A DNA stretch of 64,000 nucleotides, from NCBI GenBank assembly GCA_015680685.1, contig MNCI01001065.1, positions 1,500,482-1,564,481 of the forward strand. Reading direction: 5' to 3'. The notes beneath the pieces were generated by a model. The model had not been told where the DNA came from. It saw nothing but the letters and a program-made list of their open reading frames with translations, and did not search any database. Shown here one piece after another: positions 40,363-53,726 of the stretch. Numbering within the stretch: position 1 is the stretch's first letter; each line of letters opens with the position of its first letter. Position numbers and translations under genes: made by a program. Origin of the DNA: Gnetum montanum. Its lineage: Eukaryota; Plantae; Gnetophyta.

Positions 40363-41820
40363 CCCAACAAGCTAGGAGAAAGTTATGTAGTTAGGGAGTT
40401 AGGAAGTTATGCATAAAATTAGGAGAATTTTATGCTAACATTAATGTAATGTGACATTAAATGTAATGGGATAATCAATATTGCAAAAAAAATTTTATGG
40501 GTAGTAACTTATATGTTTTAAAATAATTTTTCATGACTTGGGATAATTGAAGGCAAGTTTTTAAATCAAGGCTTCATACAATGGGTACTTCATATGATGG
40601 ATATATATATATTGTTGGTTAATTTATGCTCCATCTTAACCATATACTTTGAGTGGCAGAAGTAATCAAATAATTCTTGGTGAAAGCGGCAAATTTACAT
40701 CCTTAAACGATTCTTCTTGTCTTCCCTGTAAATTGCATAGAGGCTCAATCATAGTTCTAGGACAACAGTCTTTCTCTCATTTCTGCACAAAACCTGTAAG
40801 AACCGACACATGTTTGAATCAAGATTCAAAATGCAGCATCATCCAAAACCGTAGATTCGAACTGCCACTGCACAATAAGGCCCTACAAAATCATAACTGA
40901 TGATCACCGTGGGAGAAGGCTCTGCAACTACATCTAGCTCTGCGGTCGTGTGTTGGAGAAGAAGGGTTTTCTTGAAGAACGACGGGCTGAGCATACTGTC
41001 CCAAACAGAGTGTTTTGATTGCCAGAGATTTTTTGTTTTGCCCCCAATATTGGTTTAGGGCTTCCTACATTTCTTGTTTTTGTTTGTCTCCGCCATTGTC
41101 ATTGATTACAGGACCAGGGATGAATGTGTTGTAAATCTGCAGCCGCTGAAACCGCAGGAACTTTTAGAGCCGTTGCTGCCCACGCAACTGAAAATGCTAT
41201 GGCTTGCGACAAAAATAGAATCAGGGCCCGAACAAATTGGGACGTCTTTCTCCATGTATTGTATACAAAGGGTTTTGATTTTTTCTTTGTTGTTTAATCC
41301 CTACATTCTGCCTGAAACCCCTATTAAAATGGCTCATCGGTGGAAGAAGGACCTCCCACGCACTTCACGAACTTAGGTTTGGCGTCTGACGAGTCGGCAA
41401 CATAGCTCCGAATGGTACGTGGACGCAGTCCAGAACCAGCAAACCAAAGGAAACACCCCAATACTGTGGCATTCAGCTCCATTTTTTTTTCTGATTTCAT
41501 TTTTCCCAGCAGCGTTAACAATGGGTCTCGGATCATACGTGAATTCAAAACCAGTGGGACTCTTTTGCCGATTTTTGATAATCCACTACCCACGGTGTTG
41601 TTTATTTTGCTAATATTAATCAGGTAATATGCTTTTTTATGGTAAATAATCCTTCTCTTTTTTATTCCAACCTTCACTCAAGAAAATATCTTGGTACTTT
41701 AATTTACTTTCCAAGAAGGCTTAAATCATCAACATTATTTACCAAGCTTTCTTCTCCAAGAATACCCATTACTCACAATACTAAACTGCAAATTTACAAC
41801 CAGGGATTTTGCTCATATTT

Positions 41821-41856
41821 TGAACAAAATATTCCAACTGAACAAAATATTCCAAC
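41821..41856 (+). repeat. 18-bp perfect direct duplication
   Basis: tgaacaaaatattccaac x2. Confidence 0.9.
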
Positions 41857-41886
41857 TACTCCATGTAATGGCCAAGTGTGCCAACA

Positions 41887-44004
41887 CCTTGCCCCTAGCA
41901 CCCTGAGTCAGGCTTTTGCCCAAACTAAGAGCATCCAGGATGCTGCAGAGGCTAGCAAAGACCCGACGTATGTAGCCTATAAAAATGCTAACAATAAGGG
42001 TAAGGACAAAGGTAAAGCAACAATAACGATGGTAGCTGCACTAGCTGAAGGCACTAAAAACAAGAACAAGAAGGCACCCGCAGCGTCCCCTGAGACTACA
42101 GCTAGCGCAACTAGCACCAGCCAGGACACACCTGCCCTCGAAAAGCCCCCCAGCCAAAGCCAAACTTTGAGCGTAAAGATCACTCAAAGTATACAACTCG
42201 GCCTGTAAAACATTCAGAACTATTGAAATAACTGTTAGGGGCAGGATACATTCAGAATAAGAAGGTATCCGAAGAAGCTTTCCAGTGTCACAGGCATCAT
42301 TGTGAATTGCAAAAGAATCCTTCTTTAGCCTTACCTAACGAACCACCAGTGCCGAGGTCTTTTAGGCTAGACCGTTTTTGTGACTACCACCAGTTGTGTG
42401 GTCATGACACCGATTACTGCTAGGCATTGAAAGACGACACTCAACGCATGATTGACGATGGTTCCCTGAAACTAGATGGCAGTAGTCCAACCCATCCCGA
42501 AAACCAAGCGTTGCATGTGTACAAGGACCCGTTAAATGCAAATAACGCACCGTACACAATCAACGTGATAAGTACAGATGGTGAAGGAAAGGTACTACCT
42601 AAATAGCCCTTCATTTTATGCGTACCTACTACTTCATCCCAGGGGACAAGCTCTTCACCAGCAGCTAGTGATGTCCCAAGGCCATCCTTTGTTATCCGGG
42701 CATCCTCTCCAAATTTAACTCAGCCTCGTGCTAATAGTAAAGCCATAGCCATGTCCGCACCTACCCCTAGGGCACCTTTTATCCTTAGGGTACCAAAACC
42801 ACCAGCTACTCCTTTTACGCAGGGGAAAGCTTCTAGCCATCACCATCAATTGCCACCAAATAACAAAAGAGAAGGAGATGCATCAGTCAATGCCGCCAAA
42901 AACCATATTACGCTAGACTTCCCTAAGCCTAGGCCCTTGGCCTCTATCCCTGCGCCTATGCCTTCTAGGTAGGATAAGGGCATAGAAACACAATCACCTC
43001 CCCTCAGCAGGAAGAAACACAACCCTCCAATTGATGCTATTCCGCCTCGAGAGATCCGTCTCTTAGGGCGAATGGAAGAAGATAGAGGGGATAAACAACC
43101 CAGCCGAGAGAGGGACCTCCTCGACGCATTTACGCAGGTCAAGCAGGCTCTAAAATAGAAGAACACAACGTTGATCCTCTATGATCTGCTTATGACATCC
43201 CAAAAACACTATGAGGCTATGGTTCGTATGCTGACATCCATACCAGTGGATGAAAGCTTACCAGCAGAAGAGGAAGCGATACATGCTATCATGCTTCCTC
43301 TCGCCGCTGAGCAACCTAAACCAACCCCTTTGACCTTTCATGATAAATCCATCAAAGATGATCCAGAGAAAATTCAAGTAACGATAGAACCCATGTTTAT
43401 CACCATCCATGTTGGTCAATATCGGATCCGGAGGGTGCACATTGACGATGGCACGGCAACGAACGTCATCCATTATCCTATAGTTGATAAGTTGGGCCTG
43501 GTCAACCAGATCAGTCGTACAATGACATCATGCCTAAAGTCATTCAACGGGGCATGGGTGCAAGTCAAGGGGATGGTTTGTATCAAAGTTTTGGCAGGGG
43601 ATCAATTCCCAACAGATGCCACATTTCTCGTTGTCGAGGAGATGCCTCGTTTCAACCTGATCCTGGGGAGGTCCTAGCTAGCCCAATTGAGGGTAGTTTC
43701 ATCACCAATACAACAAGAGATTCACCTCCCTTACGTAGGGGGAGAAGTTGTAATACAGGGTGATGAAATAACTCCTAGGAATGTCAACAACATAGAGGAG
43801 GAATGAGGTTCAAAGATCGAGATGCCCGAGAACCAAACTCACATCCGAACCCCCGAACAAACCGAAACGAATGATGAAATCCTAGCCTAGGCCGACCTAC
43901 CATTTCAGGAAGATGGTATGGAAGAGTCAGATTACAAATCTCCCTGCCCTTATGCATCACTGAACGTAAAGGCCATCAAGAAACAATTGCGAATTAATGA
44001 TTGA
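41887..44004 (+). pseudogene. gag: gag part 2 and protease of copy D
   Basis: FCDYHQLCGHDTDYC (~42376), RRVHIDDGTATNV...LILGRS (43171-43677), C-terminal (W)ADLPF tail. Confidence 0.9.
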
Positions 44005-44237
44005 TCTAAGTGGAATTTACGCGCATCATCATACTTCCAATAGTTTTCCACTTACACTTATCAGGTTCGATTGACAGTTTTCCTTAATATACATACATAT
44101 ATTTACGCTTTCTATCCATTACGCTATTTACATTCCTCATTTTACACTATTTACGCTCCTTGACTGTTATTAGTCACATTAGCATAGTTACGCAGATATC
44201 TACATTTTTATTAATTACACTTCTAGACTTACACAAA

Positions 44238-44345
44238 TGGCCCGCAATGGCCTAGAACTAGTGACGGCCCACAATGGCCTAAAACTAGTGACAGCCCGCA
44301 ACGGCCTAAAACTAGTGATGGCCCGCGATGGCCTTAAACTAGCAA
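44238..44345 (+). repeat. ~27-bp tandem repeat after the gag-PR stop of copy D
   Basis: 4 units ggcccgcaatggcctaaaactagtgac. Confidence 0.88.
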
Positions 44346-44522
44346 TTCCGTCCCACAACAACGCAACCCATCCAAAACCTTTAACAACTCTTTTTATGCT
44401 TTGCATAAATAAAGATATAAAAAATGACATTTAAAAGCATATAGAAAATCTTATGAATAGTCTTGCCAACACTTGTATTTCCATTGTCCAAATGCATAAA
44501 TAAAATCGTGCATAAACCATAA

Positions 44523-47500
44523 TTACACATTCCCCCTAGTACCACTGTCACCCGTATCCCTTAGGTCAGCCTCTAAGCCTAAGCAATCATCCTCAAGTAG
44601 GCCATCCCTTCTAGAAGATATTCCTTCATGAGGAATATCATCTTCACGGGGTCCTTGCTCTAACGCTGGATCCTCAAGAGGACGGTATGCGTCATTACGC
44701 TCTTCTTCCTGTACTTGCTCACCAACCTGTTTGCCTTCTTCATCCACTCCTTGTACCTATACATAGTAAATACATAAGGAAAAGCCGTAATAGGATAAAT
44801 TAGAAAATTTAAAGTCAATAACACCCAAACTTACTCGCGATGGTCCTACTTCCGCAGTAACGGGGAGCTGATCTAAGCTGACCCATAGGCACTGCATAAT
44901 TTCATCTTCAGTCAATTCAGACCATACGCCATTCCCCAGATCAGTTCCAGCCTTCACCTTCCCTTTCTCCACACTAGTCCATCGGGGTGGTTTAGGGAAG
45001 AAAGTAGGGACTGTAGTCTCACCCCCAGGAAGAGAAATCTCTCTTTCTGGGAACACACTTACTGTCACCTACTCTTGGAACTTCTCGAAGGCTTTGGATG
45101 CGCCAATGACATCAAGGAATACCCGCAAGGATTAAGCTTTGATGAAAGAGTCTCTATAATGCTGACAATAAGCGAGACTTTCTCGCTTATACAGATGCTT
45201 GTGATCTTTCTCCTTCTGCCCCCACTCTTGCACACTTGCACAAAACTCCTTCCAGTCTTAGCTTTTTTGGGCCAACAGCTCTATTTTCATCCTCTGCTCC
45301 ACCAACTCCCGACTAGTTTGCACGTTGTTTCTGACCACGGTCCAATAGCGAGCGTAGTCAATAACAGTCGTACGCCAATCTTCTTCACCCATTCCCCGTG
45401 CCTGTAGGAATTCACACCGCAATCTTAGGTCTCCGACCTCTTTGGTCAGAGACACCCTTTCCTTCTCTGACCTCTACAGTCTCTTCCAGAGGTCTTCATT
45501 GACACTCCGACTCTCCTACAAGGAGCACGTCGAGTGTAACACACATTTATGCATCTCCTCATAAATGTTGCGTGGCACGACCACCCCTTCTAATGAAGGC
45601 TCCACTATGTCCAAGTTAATGGGCTCCGTAGGGTCCCATCGAAGGCGAGCTCCTGATAACAAACATTATCAAGAGTAAATAAAATGTTACAACTGTATAA
45701 TAAAATAAGTGTACAGTAGCAGTAACATACTAGCCCCAGGATCGACGCGCTCGAGGCGCTCGATCATATCGCTGACAACGCCTTCAATGAAGGCAAACTT
45801 GTCAAGAAATTCTCCCCATGCTCTGCTTACAACGGCGGACGTGGATGCATCTGGTTCATCTGTAGCGTAATTAAGTCAAATTTTCTATACTTATTAATAG
45901 AATTCCTACAAAATTCTTAATACACTGACCTCTGCCTGATGTAGTAGGGGGTGCATCAATATTTTCCACCTCCTCTCTCTCTTCATGCACAAAGGTCTAT
46001 GCATCATTTATTCTAACAGCCAGGCCTCCTCTTCCAAAACTGGGGCCCCTTCTCCATGCCGTAATACCATTGTCCCTATTTCAAGGGTCAATCTCTCCAT
46101 ATCTCTCGCTGTTCATGTCACATAACACATCTAAGCAATTCAGAATACCTTGAATAAAGTTGCGTAATACAATAATTGAAATAACTTTCACTATGTCTTT
46201 ATGCTTACCAGGCAGAGGTTTACTCCGTTGAACTCTAACATGCATAGTTCCTTTCAGCACCGGTGTAAGTGGGAATCACCCCTCCTACACTTTCAACACC
46301 CCGCACTCGAGGCGCCACCAAATCCCTTGTCATTATAGACTGAGATTCCCCAATTCCCTTTGGAGGATCCTATCCTTGAGTAGTGCCAAAAATATGGGAA
46401 ATCCAAGGTTTGGATAGATGGTCTCGGTCTTGCTGCACCCAGACCCCATTCCTTTGGACAACCAAAAATTCGGCAAAACGCCGGAGGCAAGCTATGAAGA
46501 AGGCGAAGTGCACATTGAAACGAGACTGAAGATTTTGGCGGAGCCTGATCATTTCAATGCGTAACCCCTTAGCGAAATAGCTTGCCTAGTCAAACTGGGT
46601 TCCTTCCTCCATAACCTTCCACATGATACGGGTCTGTTCTATGGTAAAGAACCTTCCCTGTGAGAGTGTTTTGGGGAAAGCCTGGGCTCGGAAAAGGGGA
46701 TAAATAGTCTTTGTAATTTTTTGTTTGATTTTTTTGCAAGGGATCCCCTTGGGTTCCTTCTTGGTCCCTAGCCACTCCTCCAGCTCTTCCTAACATTTGA
46801 CACTCCTCCTCACCTTTTCCTCTATGGGAAGACCATCAGAGGGGATGCCGAGGTGGTCAGCAAACAGCTGAGCATCGATATCAAAATTTACATGCACGTG
46901 ATGCACGCGCGTGCAAAAATGCTCAGTCCTCTCGCTAAAGGAGTTGATCAGGGTTAACATTTCACTGGTAGGGACATCAGGAGTTATGGCTAGAAATAAA
47001 TGCATTAGCCTTGCTTCCCGCAGCTTGGTGACCAACACAATTGGAGCCGCCGTGTGGCCGAGCCAGCGTTGTGCATCCTTAATGTCACCATAGTGAAAAA
47101 GGAGGGTATTCGCCTCGTGGTCGGAAATTGTAGTGGTAATCTCCCGAGATTCCCTAACTGAACAATGCAAGACACATGTCTAAGTAGCAAAAATACTATT
47201 ACGCTACATTTCAAAAACAGACCAAAAAACAATATAATATCTTGTAAATAACAGTAGCAACAAAACCTTACTAGGGCCAAATGGCAAAGGAAATGGAGGA
47301 AGTTTCCTCTGCACATCCGTGACGGTAAGGGGCCGGTCCAAAGTCCATTCTTCATGTAACCACCTGAGATTCTGAAAATTCTTGAAAGAATCAGCATAAC
47401 AGGTGGGATACTCATGGATGTTAAAGGACATTTGCCCCATTACACCGACGCGTACGTTGCTGGTAGAGGTAAACTCCTTTATCGTTGTTTCGGTCCAAGT

Positions 47501-48497
47501 CAATGTATCACCATTGCCTACTAATCCTTTTTCGTTAATGAGAAACCTATATCATATGACACAATATTATCTTATGCTTTACAAAATTCAGACATTCGAA
47601 ACATAGTGACAATACTGCCCACAAAACAACTTACCCGCCTGAATAATACACCATGCTTGGTGGGTTCTGAAAGTAAGTCGAGACACGACGGGCCACGAAA
47701 AAAGTGTTGTACACATGGTAACAGCTAAACCTGGCCATTTCCCAGATCCAACTTAAGTGCCTCAACCCTCTGGCGCTAAGTTCGCGATCTTGGGGACGAC
47801 CAGTATCGATCGCCCCGTCTGTCAAGAAAGCCAGGATTCCCTACGTAGAACCCACTAAAAGGTGCTCCAAAATAGTGCCAGCCACATCCCCTGATAGATG
47901 CGACCACACAATAACACTGTAGTTATGCAGAAAAAACTATAGAAGCTCCAGCACACCCTTTAAAAACCATATAGCCCTCCCCTGCAACCGAGTCTAAGGG
48001 GGAGGAACGTTGGGTACGATCGGGTTTATACAACATAAAATCCCAACTATGTCCAAGACAATTAGGACAGGTTTCAACATAATATTGTACAAACAAAAAT
48101 AAACTTATTATCGTCTAGATTCAAATTGCATGCTTAAACTATAGAAAATTTACAAATTACGCTCTAGCTATACAGCCAAAATCGCCTAAACCCTTGTAAC
48201 AATACAAGGTTTATCCCTGACAGTGGTGATGGATGCAATACTATTGTAAAAACCCTCTTTTTAATGCGAGGTCCATAGCCTAAAACTCTAATTTACGTAG
48301 AATGATGCACAAAGAATAAACACCACAAAGAAGAAGCATATCATAGAAAGCAACACAAACAAGCCAGGGATGGCCTACCGATTCAGGGAAGCGACATCCC
48401 TCACTTCAACCAAAGCCTGCGAAGCATGCTGCAAGCTCCTTTGTACCTTGTCTATCTTTGCCAACTTCACATTCTTCCCTCTTACTTTCAGCGCCAT
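44523..48497 (-). pseudogene. antisense multi-exon extra gene of copy D
   Basis: MLKPVLIVLDIVGIL...NYSVIVWSH...NTFFV...NPP (48080-47631), LMHLFL...INSFSE...LGIPSDGLP (46790-47170), NWASYF, LRWDP, coiled coil (45075-45560), GKVKAGTDLG; GT..AG gaps at positions matching copy A. Confidence 0.78.
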
Positions 48498-48917
48498 TGT
48501 TGCAGTCTTCACACCTTCACACAAATAATGCACTGCAATCTTTTGCTCTTTCTCCTTCTCTCTGTGATAGCTGAGAATTCAAGTTCGCGATAGCCAACAG
48601 CCCATTTTCAAAAAGAACTACCTACTTATATGCGAAATTAACTGACTTGATGCTCGATTAAAATGGGACTTTCCTAAATGATGGTGTCAGCATAATATGG
48701 AACCCAAAAATCAAGGCATTAATGCGGCGGATATCGCATGCGCCACTGTCTGAAATGATGTTAAACTACCACACCTTATCGCCTCGTAATCAGGTCACAT
48801 TAATTATAGGTTGTTTACAATATTCAAAATTCAGTTAGCTTTTCATGCTCAACAACACTGCATCATACTTTCTCCTAATCATTTACGCATTTGGTGATTT
48901 TGTAGGATGGTTGGCAA

Positions 48918-51900
48918 ATGGATGCAACTTTTTCAGCACCCCTGGCTTTAACAGGTCCATATGGGAGAGTAGTTAGACAATTCGATTTTACACTAGTAGA
49001 AACTAACCCTTTCCTCGATGAAGTAACCATAGCCATGTCAGAAACCTCTCCATAATGGCCATAACAATCGATGCGCACGCTAGACCTAGAGGCTGGAGAC
49101 ATAACCGAAGACCCCCTCAGCGAGGTTTCTGTCGTTACACATAAAGGTGAGCCCCAAACTCTTAAGGTTAGTTCTCTACTAGACCCGAAAACGCATGACA
49201 CTATAAAATAGGTCCTCCAGGACAACGTCACAGTATTTGCATGGTCATACAAAGACATGCTGGGACTAGATCCAAGGTTAATTCAACATAACATAATCTT
49301 AGACCCGCATATCAAAGCGATTAAGCAAAAAGCATGAAAAATCAAACCAGAGATCACACTAGCAGTGTGTGATAAGATCACCAAACTGTATCAGGTTGGT
49401 TTCATCTACGCGGTCGATTACTCGGATTGGGTGTCTAACATTGTAGTTGTCCCAAAGAAGATCGGAAGTATACACATCTGTATAGACTTCCGAGATTTAA
49501 ACAAAGCCACAATCAAGGACAACTTTCCACTACCGAGTATCGACCAACTAGTCAATACAACAGCTGGGCATGCGCTGCTATCCTTCATGGATGGCTTTTC
49601 AGGCTATAATCAGATTCGCATCAACCCAGAACATCAATTGACCACAACATTTATGATGCCCTGGGGCATCTTTTGCTATACCATGATGTCTTTTGGCTTG
49701 AAAAACGTCGGAGCGATGTATCAACGGGCTATGACATACATCTTTAGTGATTACCTCCTAGGAAGACTGAATGATTATGTTGATGATATAGCTGTTAAGT
49801 CTATGAGATCAGAAGATCATTCAGAGGACCTAGAGTTAGTACTTAACAGATGCTCCAAATACGACCTCCGGCTCAACCCAAATAAGTGCATATTCAGAGT
49901 CAAAATCAGACGCATGCTGGGGTTTGTGGTGTCAGAAACCAGCATACGAGTAGACCCTAATAAGGTCAAAGCCATTGTCGAGTTAACACCTCCCACAGAT
50001 CTCAAGCAACTATGCGGGTTACAAGGACGATTACAGTTTATCAGGCGGTTCATCTCGAGATTAACAGATAAACTACACCCTATGCAACATCTCCTTAAGA
50101 AAGGTGTTAATTTCAAGTGGACAGACGATTGTCAGCATGTGTTTGATAGCCTAAAATAGGAACTTCAACGCTTGCCAACAATATTCCCACCACAAAGGGA
50201 TCAGTTGTTCTACATTTACCTTGCGACCTTGGACGTAGCCTTAGCCGCATTACTCTATCAGAAGAGAAGCGATGGGTCAGAAGTACCCATCTACTACTTA
50301 AGTCATGCCCTATGTGCATACAAAACAAGATACAACAAAGTAGAGCGTAATTGCCTAGCATTAGTGTTTACGTTAAAGAAATGTAGGCACTATCTCTTCC
50401 ATAGCTAGGTCAACATTATCTATAAAAATAACATCCTTAGGGCCATTATGCATAATCTATACGAAAGTAGAAAAATAGCTTGTTGGAAAGCTATCACGGC
50501 AGAATTCGATCTGCATTACATTGGTCAATCTTCTACGAAAGGCCAAGCAATAGCTGACCAATTAATAACATCACCTATTGACAATCAGGCAACCATAGAG
50601 CCTGAATTTCCAGATGAACATGTACATAGTTTAAGCCCTGTTTTAACAGGCCCCGAAGCAACGTTATATTTTGATGGAGCTTCAACTATTAGAGGCAGCA
50701 GTGTCGCCGCAGTCATTACGCTATCGCCTGAGGATGTGTGTCTTCACGCTTACCGCTTGACCTTTCCCTATACGAACAACATGACAGAGTACAAGGGACT
50801 CCTCAGGGGATTATTAACTGCCAGAGAGCTTGATGTTCGACACCTAGCAATTAGGGGCGATTCGATGCTTGTTATAAATCAAATCACAAGTGTCTACGCC
50901 TACAAGGCTACACATTTACAACCCTACTGCGATATGGCTAAAGATCTTCTGAAGCGGTTCGCAACCATCGATGCCCAACACGTGCCCCGCAATGATAACA
51001 CACTGGCCGATGCACTAACTACATTAGCCTTAAATGTGTCGTCGCACCTATTCAACACCTGTCCCACGTTAATAATAGATTGTACTGGTCCTATCATTTA
51101 GGCAGCGCAAATATCTTCACTGCTCGAGGATAGAACACCAGAGTGGTACGACCACATTAAAACTTATCTCTTGCATGGCAAACCACCACACGAGTTAACA
51201 CACGCATAGAAAGACGATATTCACAAGCGAGCTAGGCAGTACGTCATCATAGGAGAGAGTACCCTCTGTAGACACTCTTTTGATGGAGTACTACTTACTT
51301 GCGTTAACAAAGATTAGGTGCAACATATAGTCGGTGAAGTCCACGAGGGATTATGCGGAGGACACGTAGCGCCATGAGCCATGGCCTCTAAAATCCGTCG
51401 CTTAGGGTATTATTGGCCGTACATGGAAAAATATTGTCTTACAAAGGTCAAAACATGCAACATGTGTCAACGTTACGCGAACCTTATACACGTGTCGCCT
51501 ACAGAACTACATATGACCCAGATCACATGGTCCTTCCAATGATGGGGACTAGACATCATAGGGCCCATCACACCAAAGTCTTCCGCAGGGCATAGCTTCA
51601 TCATCACAGCTACTGAGTACTTCATGAAGTGGGTGGAAGCCATTCTTTTACGGAAGATTACATCTCAACAGGTCTGTCACTTCATTCTAGATAACATTGT
51701 AACCAGGTTTGGCCTCCCGATGACTATAGTGACTGACAATGAGCCATAGTTTAGCAGTCTGGAAACCAAATCCTTTTGTGATAATCTTGGCATCAAACAA
51801 TCTTTTTCCTCACCTTATTACCTGCAAGCGAATGGTCAAGCTGAAGCAACAAATAAAGTCATTATCAATTTACTCAAGAAAATGCTCGACAGCAACAAGA

Positions 51901-52385
51901 GACGGTGGCATGAAAAGATCCTCTATGTGCTATAGGCGTATAGTACTACATGCAGAACAGCTATAGACAGTACGCCCTATAGCCTAGTCTATGGATCCGA
52001 GGCGGTTCTGCCCATCGATTTACAAGTTCCTTCTCTGCGAATGATCCTCTCCATGATTATAAATGAGGCTTAACACATCGAGTCTCGGCTCATGGATTTG
52101 GATTCAATAGAGGAGAAGCAAATACAAACGCTTGATACCATCGAAAAGTATCAAGATAAGCAGAGGTAGAAGCACCATCACAATCTTCAACAACGTCCTA
52201 TCAAGAAGGGATATTTGGTTCTCAAGGCCGTTTGCGAACCAGTAGGTAAGTTCTCTGCAAACTGGGAGGGCCCTTTCTTGGTAGCTGATGTATATGGCAA
52301 TGGCACATTCAAGCTAGAAGACGTCAACGACAACGAGTTACCGAATCCCGTGAATCATATATATCTGAAGCGGTACTACATTTAG
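48918..52385 (+). pseudogene. pol: pol of copy D (RT-RH-aRH-INT)
   Basis: 49365-50159 RT (NDYVDD), 50172-50408 RH, 50448-51101 aRH (LYFDGAS, NNMTEY, IRGDS, N..AD), HHCC, GLDIIGP, NWEGPF; stop 52385. Confidence 0.95.
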
Positions 52386-52422
52386 CTGCATATCCAGTGT
52401 TAACATCAGCTATGGTAAAAAC

Positions 52423-52915
52423 TGTCCGCTATGATGCTAAACTGGCAACAATCGTCTGCTATGACGTAAAATTAGCATTCTCTCCATTCCCTTCACGCGT
52501 CCGCCATGACACTAAACTGGAAACAATCGTCCGCCACAACGTAAAACTAGCAAGTTGTCACCGTCCACTACGACGTAAAACTGGCAATGTTGTACAAGTC
52601 CGCCAAGACATGAAACTGGCATTTCCTGCATGCGTCCACCATGATGCTAAACTGGTACCGGCTATCTGCCAGGACATAAAACTAGCGCAGGTGAGTGTCC
52701 ATCTGCTGAGGCATAAAACTAGCACAGATCTGTCCCTGGGTCATGACATGAAACTGACATCCACAGCATGGTCTGCTGAGACCATAAATCAGCTCTACCA
52801 CTGTCCGCTACGATGTAAAACTAGCATTTTTCGGTCTGCCCAGACTTTAAACTTGGACCATGGTCTACTGAGACTTAAAGCCAGCAATGACAATCTACCA
52901 GGACTTAAAACTGGG
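52423..52915 (+). repeat. array of ~24-nt GTCCGCYAYGACRTAAAACTRGCA units with variable spacers in the 3' UTR of copy D
   Basis: About 15 degenerate units starting ~40 nt after the integrase stop. Confidence 0.85.
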
Positions 52916-53726
52916 ACTTACAGGCTGCCATCATGTGAACCAAGCGAGCGTAATCATCTCTGTGCAGCTGCAAAACAAATGGGGTGGGGTACTGGGACAG
53001 TCCCAGTGTCGCTACCTCATCGGCATTCTGCTGATTCCTCGGATGTGATGAAAGGCATACTACTGACCCCTCGGAGATGCTGTCACTGCCCCCACTGCAG
53101 CGGTGGCACCTCTGAGAGTTTAGTTTCACCGACCGGAGCCCCAAAGGAGTTCTCATCAAAAAAGACCTTGGGGATCTTCGCTCATCATCGCTATCAGGCT
53201 CTGGCTTCACAGATTCACCTAGCTGGTTCTTTGCATAACCAGTTCAGTGCGATGAGTCTGATAATCTTTGACGGCGATATGCTGGACCGAGCGTCAATGG
53301 TGAAGACCCTGACCTCGTGCTACAGTTCTTCCTTCGTGGCCCACTCATTCTGTCTCGCCCTAAATGATACTTGTTTCAACAACCTCTCCAATGATTCAAC
53401 CAAGCAATGGTGTCCTTTGTTTGCTTCTTTAGTTGTAGGTTACTTGCTACGAGGATGTCATTCAAAGGTGCGTTCATCTGAGCGGTGAAATACAGACAGC
53501 GCTTTGAGATGGTCACTTAAGTTAGCCTGTTCACTTAGAAGTGCATCCCCATTTTTTCCATAATCCTACCTTTAGTTCTCACTTCCCTGCATCTCCATCA
53601 TCTGTTTCCCTTACGCAAAATGTACATACGTAGCACACGCTTTCCACATCTGCATTACAATCCAGTCCATAAACCGGCATAACACAACTCGCCTAGTGGA
53701 CCCTAAAAAAAAACTATATTCACACA

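Larger units (their letters stand above)
39168..41886. mobile_element. unrelated LTR-type insertion E (solo LTR or gap-collapsed element)
   Basis: Termini TGTTGGC...GCCAACA, perfect TSD CCTTG (39163-39167, 41887-41891); gag YYL|APSTLSQAF rejoins across it. Confidence 0.85.

Noticed and set aside
39558-40394. 270/271-aa ORFs
   Set aside because: Artefacts of the N gap.
52423-52915. CRISPR-like repeat/spacer array
   Set aside because: Units are degenerate, spacers are short and uneven, there are no cas genes, and it lies in a plant retrotransposon 3' UTR.
52397-53488. 363-aa plus-strand ORF as an env-like gene
   Set aside because: The first half is the translated repeat array and the rest is the shadow of the opposite strand; no equivalent ORF in copy C.
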